From a virus, in the IMG/VR virus record IMGVR_UViG_3300028590_000013, positions 8,233 through 72,232 of that record: DNA of 64,000 nt. One strand, written 5' to 3'. Positions 61,635-64,000 of the stretch are shown in pieces. The first letter of the stretch is position 1; each line of letters starts with the position of its first letter. The position numbers and the translations under genes are program-made. The notes under the pieces are model-generated. The model was not told the origin of the DNA. It saw only the letters and a program-made list of their open reading frames with translations, and made no database searches.

Positions 61635-61875
61635 TGGCGGCCTCCTGAGCCTTGAGCAAGCGCGCAGCGCCTTCAGCAACTTTCCTGCGCATCTCACCGT
61701 ATCTGACCCCCTCCCTGTAGGCAGCCACGCTGCGCGGGGTGGTGTAGGGAAGAGGCAGGTCGTCGTTCGCCTCGCCGACCCGCATCCCCAGCCGATAGGG
61801 CGTGACCTTCATCCCACGCTCCCGTATCGCAGCCTTGTGCCCATCAAAGGGCCCAGGCTTTTTCTGAGCGCCCAT
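61624..61875 (-). CDS. Hypothetical protein (weak Rmf-like pattern)
   Basis: Y..G...G.....LPY......AY..G..YG; starts 1 nt after ParB stop. Confidence 0.6.
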   Translation of the reverse strand: MGAQKKPGPFDGHKAAIRERGMKVTPYRLGMRVGEANDDLPLPYTTPRSVAAYREGVRYGEMRRKVAEGAARLLKAQEAANGA

Positions 61876-61876
61876 G

Positions 61877-62893
61877 TCAGAAGTCCAGGCTGATGGCCTT
61901 CATGCCCGCCGCAGCCTTCAGGGCCTGCAGGGCGCCGAAGCTCGCGGCGAGGGCAAGGGCCTCGTCCTTGGCGATCCAGGCCGCCATATCGAACTCGAGC
62001 GGCTTGCCCGCGTCCTTGAGCTTCTCGGCCATGCCTTCGGCGAGCTTCTTGCCCATCTCGCTCAGCTCGGCATCGCTGAGAGCGCGGATCTTCAGCACGC
62101 GGCCCTTCTTCTCGGCTTTCTTGGCGCGGGCGTCTTGAATGGCAGCCTTCACCTTGTTCAGCTTGCCCTTGTCCTTGCCCGCCTCCACGGCAGCCTTCGT
62201 CAGCTCAGCCTGGACTTTCTTGTCCTTGCCGAAGCGGGCAATGGTCTTTGCCATCGTCTTCCCGATCGTGCCATCGGTAGCCGCCTTCACGAGGCTCTCA
62301 TCGCCGTCGAGAAGGGCCATGATCTCCGTGACGTGCATGTGCGCCTTGCCCGTGGCCGCGCAGATCTGCTTAATCGTCATGCCCGAATCCTTCATGTCCT
62401 TGAAGGCATGCGCTTCTTCAATGGGCGTGAAGTTCTTGGCACCGTTCGCCACGTACATCTGGATGAGGCTCGTCACGTCATCCTGATCCTTGTCCACGAT
62501 GACGACGAGCACGCCTTCGGCGAAGGCCAAAGGATCCTTCTTGAGGATGCTCATGATGGCCGTGAGGCGGCGCTCACCATCGATCAGCTCGAAGTTCTTG
62601 ACCTGGGCGCCCTCAGGGCCCTTGCCATCGTCGATGACCGTGGGGGCAATGCGCTTCACGCGCAGGGGCATGAGCAAGCCATTGGCCTTGATGCTCGCCG
62701 CGAGTTCTTCGAGGTCGCCGAAGTCGAAGCGCTTGTTCAGGCGTGCGCCGTCGGCCTTCAGCTTGGGCGTGATGGTGCGGGGGTCGGCGTAGAAGGCCGA
62801 AGAGCGCTTCACGATGCCAGCGGCTTCCTTGCGGGCAGCAGGGGCGGAGGTGGCTTCAGCAGCTTGGGCGAAGGCGGCGGGGGTCGAGGTCAT
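61877..62893 (-). CDS. ParB/Srx-family protein with HTH
   Basis: AAGGAG RBS; LEELAASIKANGLL.PL.V, LIDGERRL.A, TPIEEA. Confidence 0.88.
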   Translation of the reverse strand: MTSTPAAFAQAAEATSAPAARKEAAGIVKRSSAFYADPRTITPKLKADGARLNKRFDFGDLEELAASIKANGLLMPLRVKRIAPTVIDDGKGPEGAQVKNFELIDGERRLTAIMSILKKDPLAFAEGVLVVIVDKDQDDVTSLIQMYVANGAKNFTPIEEAHAFKDMKDSGMTIKQICAATGKAHMHVTEIMALLDGDESLVKAATDGTIGKTMAKTIARFGKDKKVQAELTKAAVEAGKDKGKLNKVKAAIQDARAKKAEKKGRVLKIRALSDAELSEMGKKLAEGMAEKLKDAGKPLEFDMAAWIAKDEALALAASFGALQALKAAAGMKAISLDF

Positions 62894-62975
62894 AGAAAGC
62901 TCCTTGGTGATTGAGAAAGGAAGGCCCGGAGAATACCGGCCAAGGCCCTCAGCGCGAGGGCTATGGTCGAGGCTC

Positions 62976-63179
62976 TCAGGCGCAGATCCAAACGTTGCAC
63001 TCCACGGGGAAGTGGGCGCCCATGCAGGTCCGCATGCCATCATCCGTAGTGCGCACGTATTCGACGCCGTAGCCCTCTTCCGTGTAGCGGCTAACGCTTG
63101 TGATCTTGCCGCCTGAGCTGAAAACGTCGCCAACCTTCAGATCGGCGGCCTTGACTTGCTTGAGAGTTGCGGTGGTCAT
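62976..63179 (-). CDS. Hypothetical protein
   Basis: GGAG RBS; V.A.DLKVGDV motif. Confidence 0.7.
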   Translation of the reverse strand: MTTATLKQVKAADLKVGDVFSSGGKITSVSRYTEEGYGVEYVRTTDDGMRTCMGAHFPVECNVWICA

Positions 63180-63219
63180 CTTGAATCTCCAGTTGGGCGG
63201 CTTCGTCGAAGCGCTGAAC

Positions 63220-63284
63220 CCATGTGTCGATTCTAAAGACTTTATAAAGACCCATGCAACGGGTTTGTCGCCAAAAATTAAAAA
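63220..63284 (-). promoter_or_regulatory. 65-bp repeat copy 2: sigma70-like early promoter
   Basis: Identical to 60904-60968. Confidence 0.8.
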
Positions 63285-63329
63285 TATTTTCAGCGACGTC
63301 CCTGGGGCCTGCAATGGGCCCCAGGCCTC

Positions 63330-63998
63330 TTATATAGAGGTGCCGTTCGGCGAAGCCTTGCCCAGCTGGGCCGCCACGCGGTGGGCGAGGCCTGCGGCGA
63401 GGTATCCAGGGAACTCGGCATCGAAGATGGCGCGCACGTCATGGGCGACGTTCGCCACGAACTTCGGCGACACGGGAGCCCGCGTGTGTGCCGCCACTTG
63501 CTTGGCCCTGGCCACAACGAGATGGGCGAGCATTCGATACACGGCTTGGCGCTTCACCACGGTCGCGGCGGCAAGGCCACTGGAGGCCATGAAGTCGGCT
63601 ACAGGGGCCCAGTTGTTAGAGGGACTTAGTACGCGCTTGAAGACGAGGGGGCCTTGCCCTGCCTCACCGCTGCCCCCGAAAGCTCTTGTGTAGGCCTCAT
63701 AAACGCTTGTAGCCCACAGGTCGAGGTCACGGTCTGCCTTCCCCGTCAGCTTTTGGGCCTCCAAAGCCAAGTGGGCGAGGAGTTTCTTGCGGCCAGCTGC
63801 GGAGAGCATCTCAATTCCGCCGAGGAGCCACGTGAGCCGCTCCTCTTCATTCATTTCATTTTTTGTGTCGGGCTGAGGCGGGATGGTGTTAGGGGGGTGG
63901 TTGACCCCCTTTAGGGGGGCCACCCCCCTACCTCCCACCCCAGAGCCTTTGGTGGCAACCGCGGTAGCCTCACTAGCTTTAGTGCGGGCAGGCCTTGC
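63330..63998 (-). CDS. Hypothetical protein; frame is open to window edge (true start uncertain, possibly ATG 63854)
   Basis: No stop between 63998 and 63330 in this frame. Confidence 0.6.
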   Translation of the reverse strand, partial: ARPARTKASEATAVATKGSGVGGRGVAPLKGVNHPPNTIPPQPDTKNEMNEEERLTWLLGGIEMLSAAGRKKLLAHLALEAQKLTGKADRDLDLWATSVYEAYTRAFGGSGEAGQGPLVFKRVLSPSNNWAPVADFMASSGLAAATVVKRQAVYRMLAHLVVARAKQVAAHTRAPVSPKFVANVAHDVRAIFDAEFPGYLAAGLAHRVAAQLGKASPNGTSI

Positions 63999-64000
63999 GA

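Larger units (their letters stand above)
1..64000. mobile_element. Tailed dsDNA phage genome segment (contractile-tail myovirus, Gram-negative host)
   Basis: Terminase, portal, capsid, sheath, tube, baseplate, endolysin/spanins and phage-type replication genes fill the window; no host housekeeping operons or integrase seen. Confidence 0.97.

Noticed and set aside
1-64000. Integrated prophage with att sites
   Set aside because: No integrase, repressor or flanking host genes within the window; lifestyle cannot be fully settled from a partial genome

Overview
The whole window is part of a GC-rich, apparently lytic myovirus genome (Caudoviricetes) infecting a Gram-negative host. Both ends cut through genes; no integrase, tRNA, rRNA or CRISPR array is seen. 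The + strand (1-22.1 kb) carries a 7-deazaguanine DNA-modification cluster (queC, folE, TGT-fold DpdA-like gene, nucleoside deoxyribosyltransferase). It also carries a replication/recombination module: beta-clamp, UDG-fused family A polymerase, clamp loader, UvsY-like, gp32-like SSB, RecA, RuvC-like, SbcCD-like. The - strand carries lysis, tail, baseplate, head and packaging genes (22.1-52.5 kb), then accessory genes, queD, DUF932 and a ParB-like gene (53-64 kb). Top candidate novelty: the DpdA-like enzyme appears split. Its putative N-terminal beta-alpha-beta unit is a separate 41-aa ORF that fuses in frame if a (CT)8 tract loses one unit, and three more paralogous mini-ORFs of that unit lie just downstream, suggesting a modular or switchable DNA-modifying enzyme. 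Other highlights: two structured non-coding regions (candidate sRNA cluster, and a 20-bp stem covering a nuclease RBS); a recurring SGTATAKWT promoter-like motif; signal-peptide-like propeptides on the capsid proteins; a second spanin-like pair; an Acb1-like anti-CBASS gene; and 65-bp promoter repeats flanking an early cassette. All family calls are from motif recognition by eye; no searches were run.
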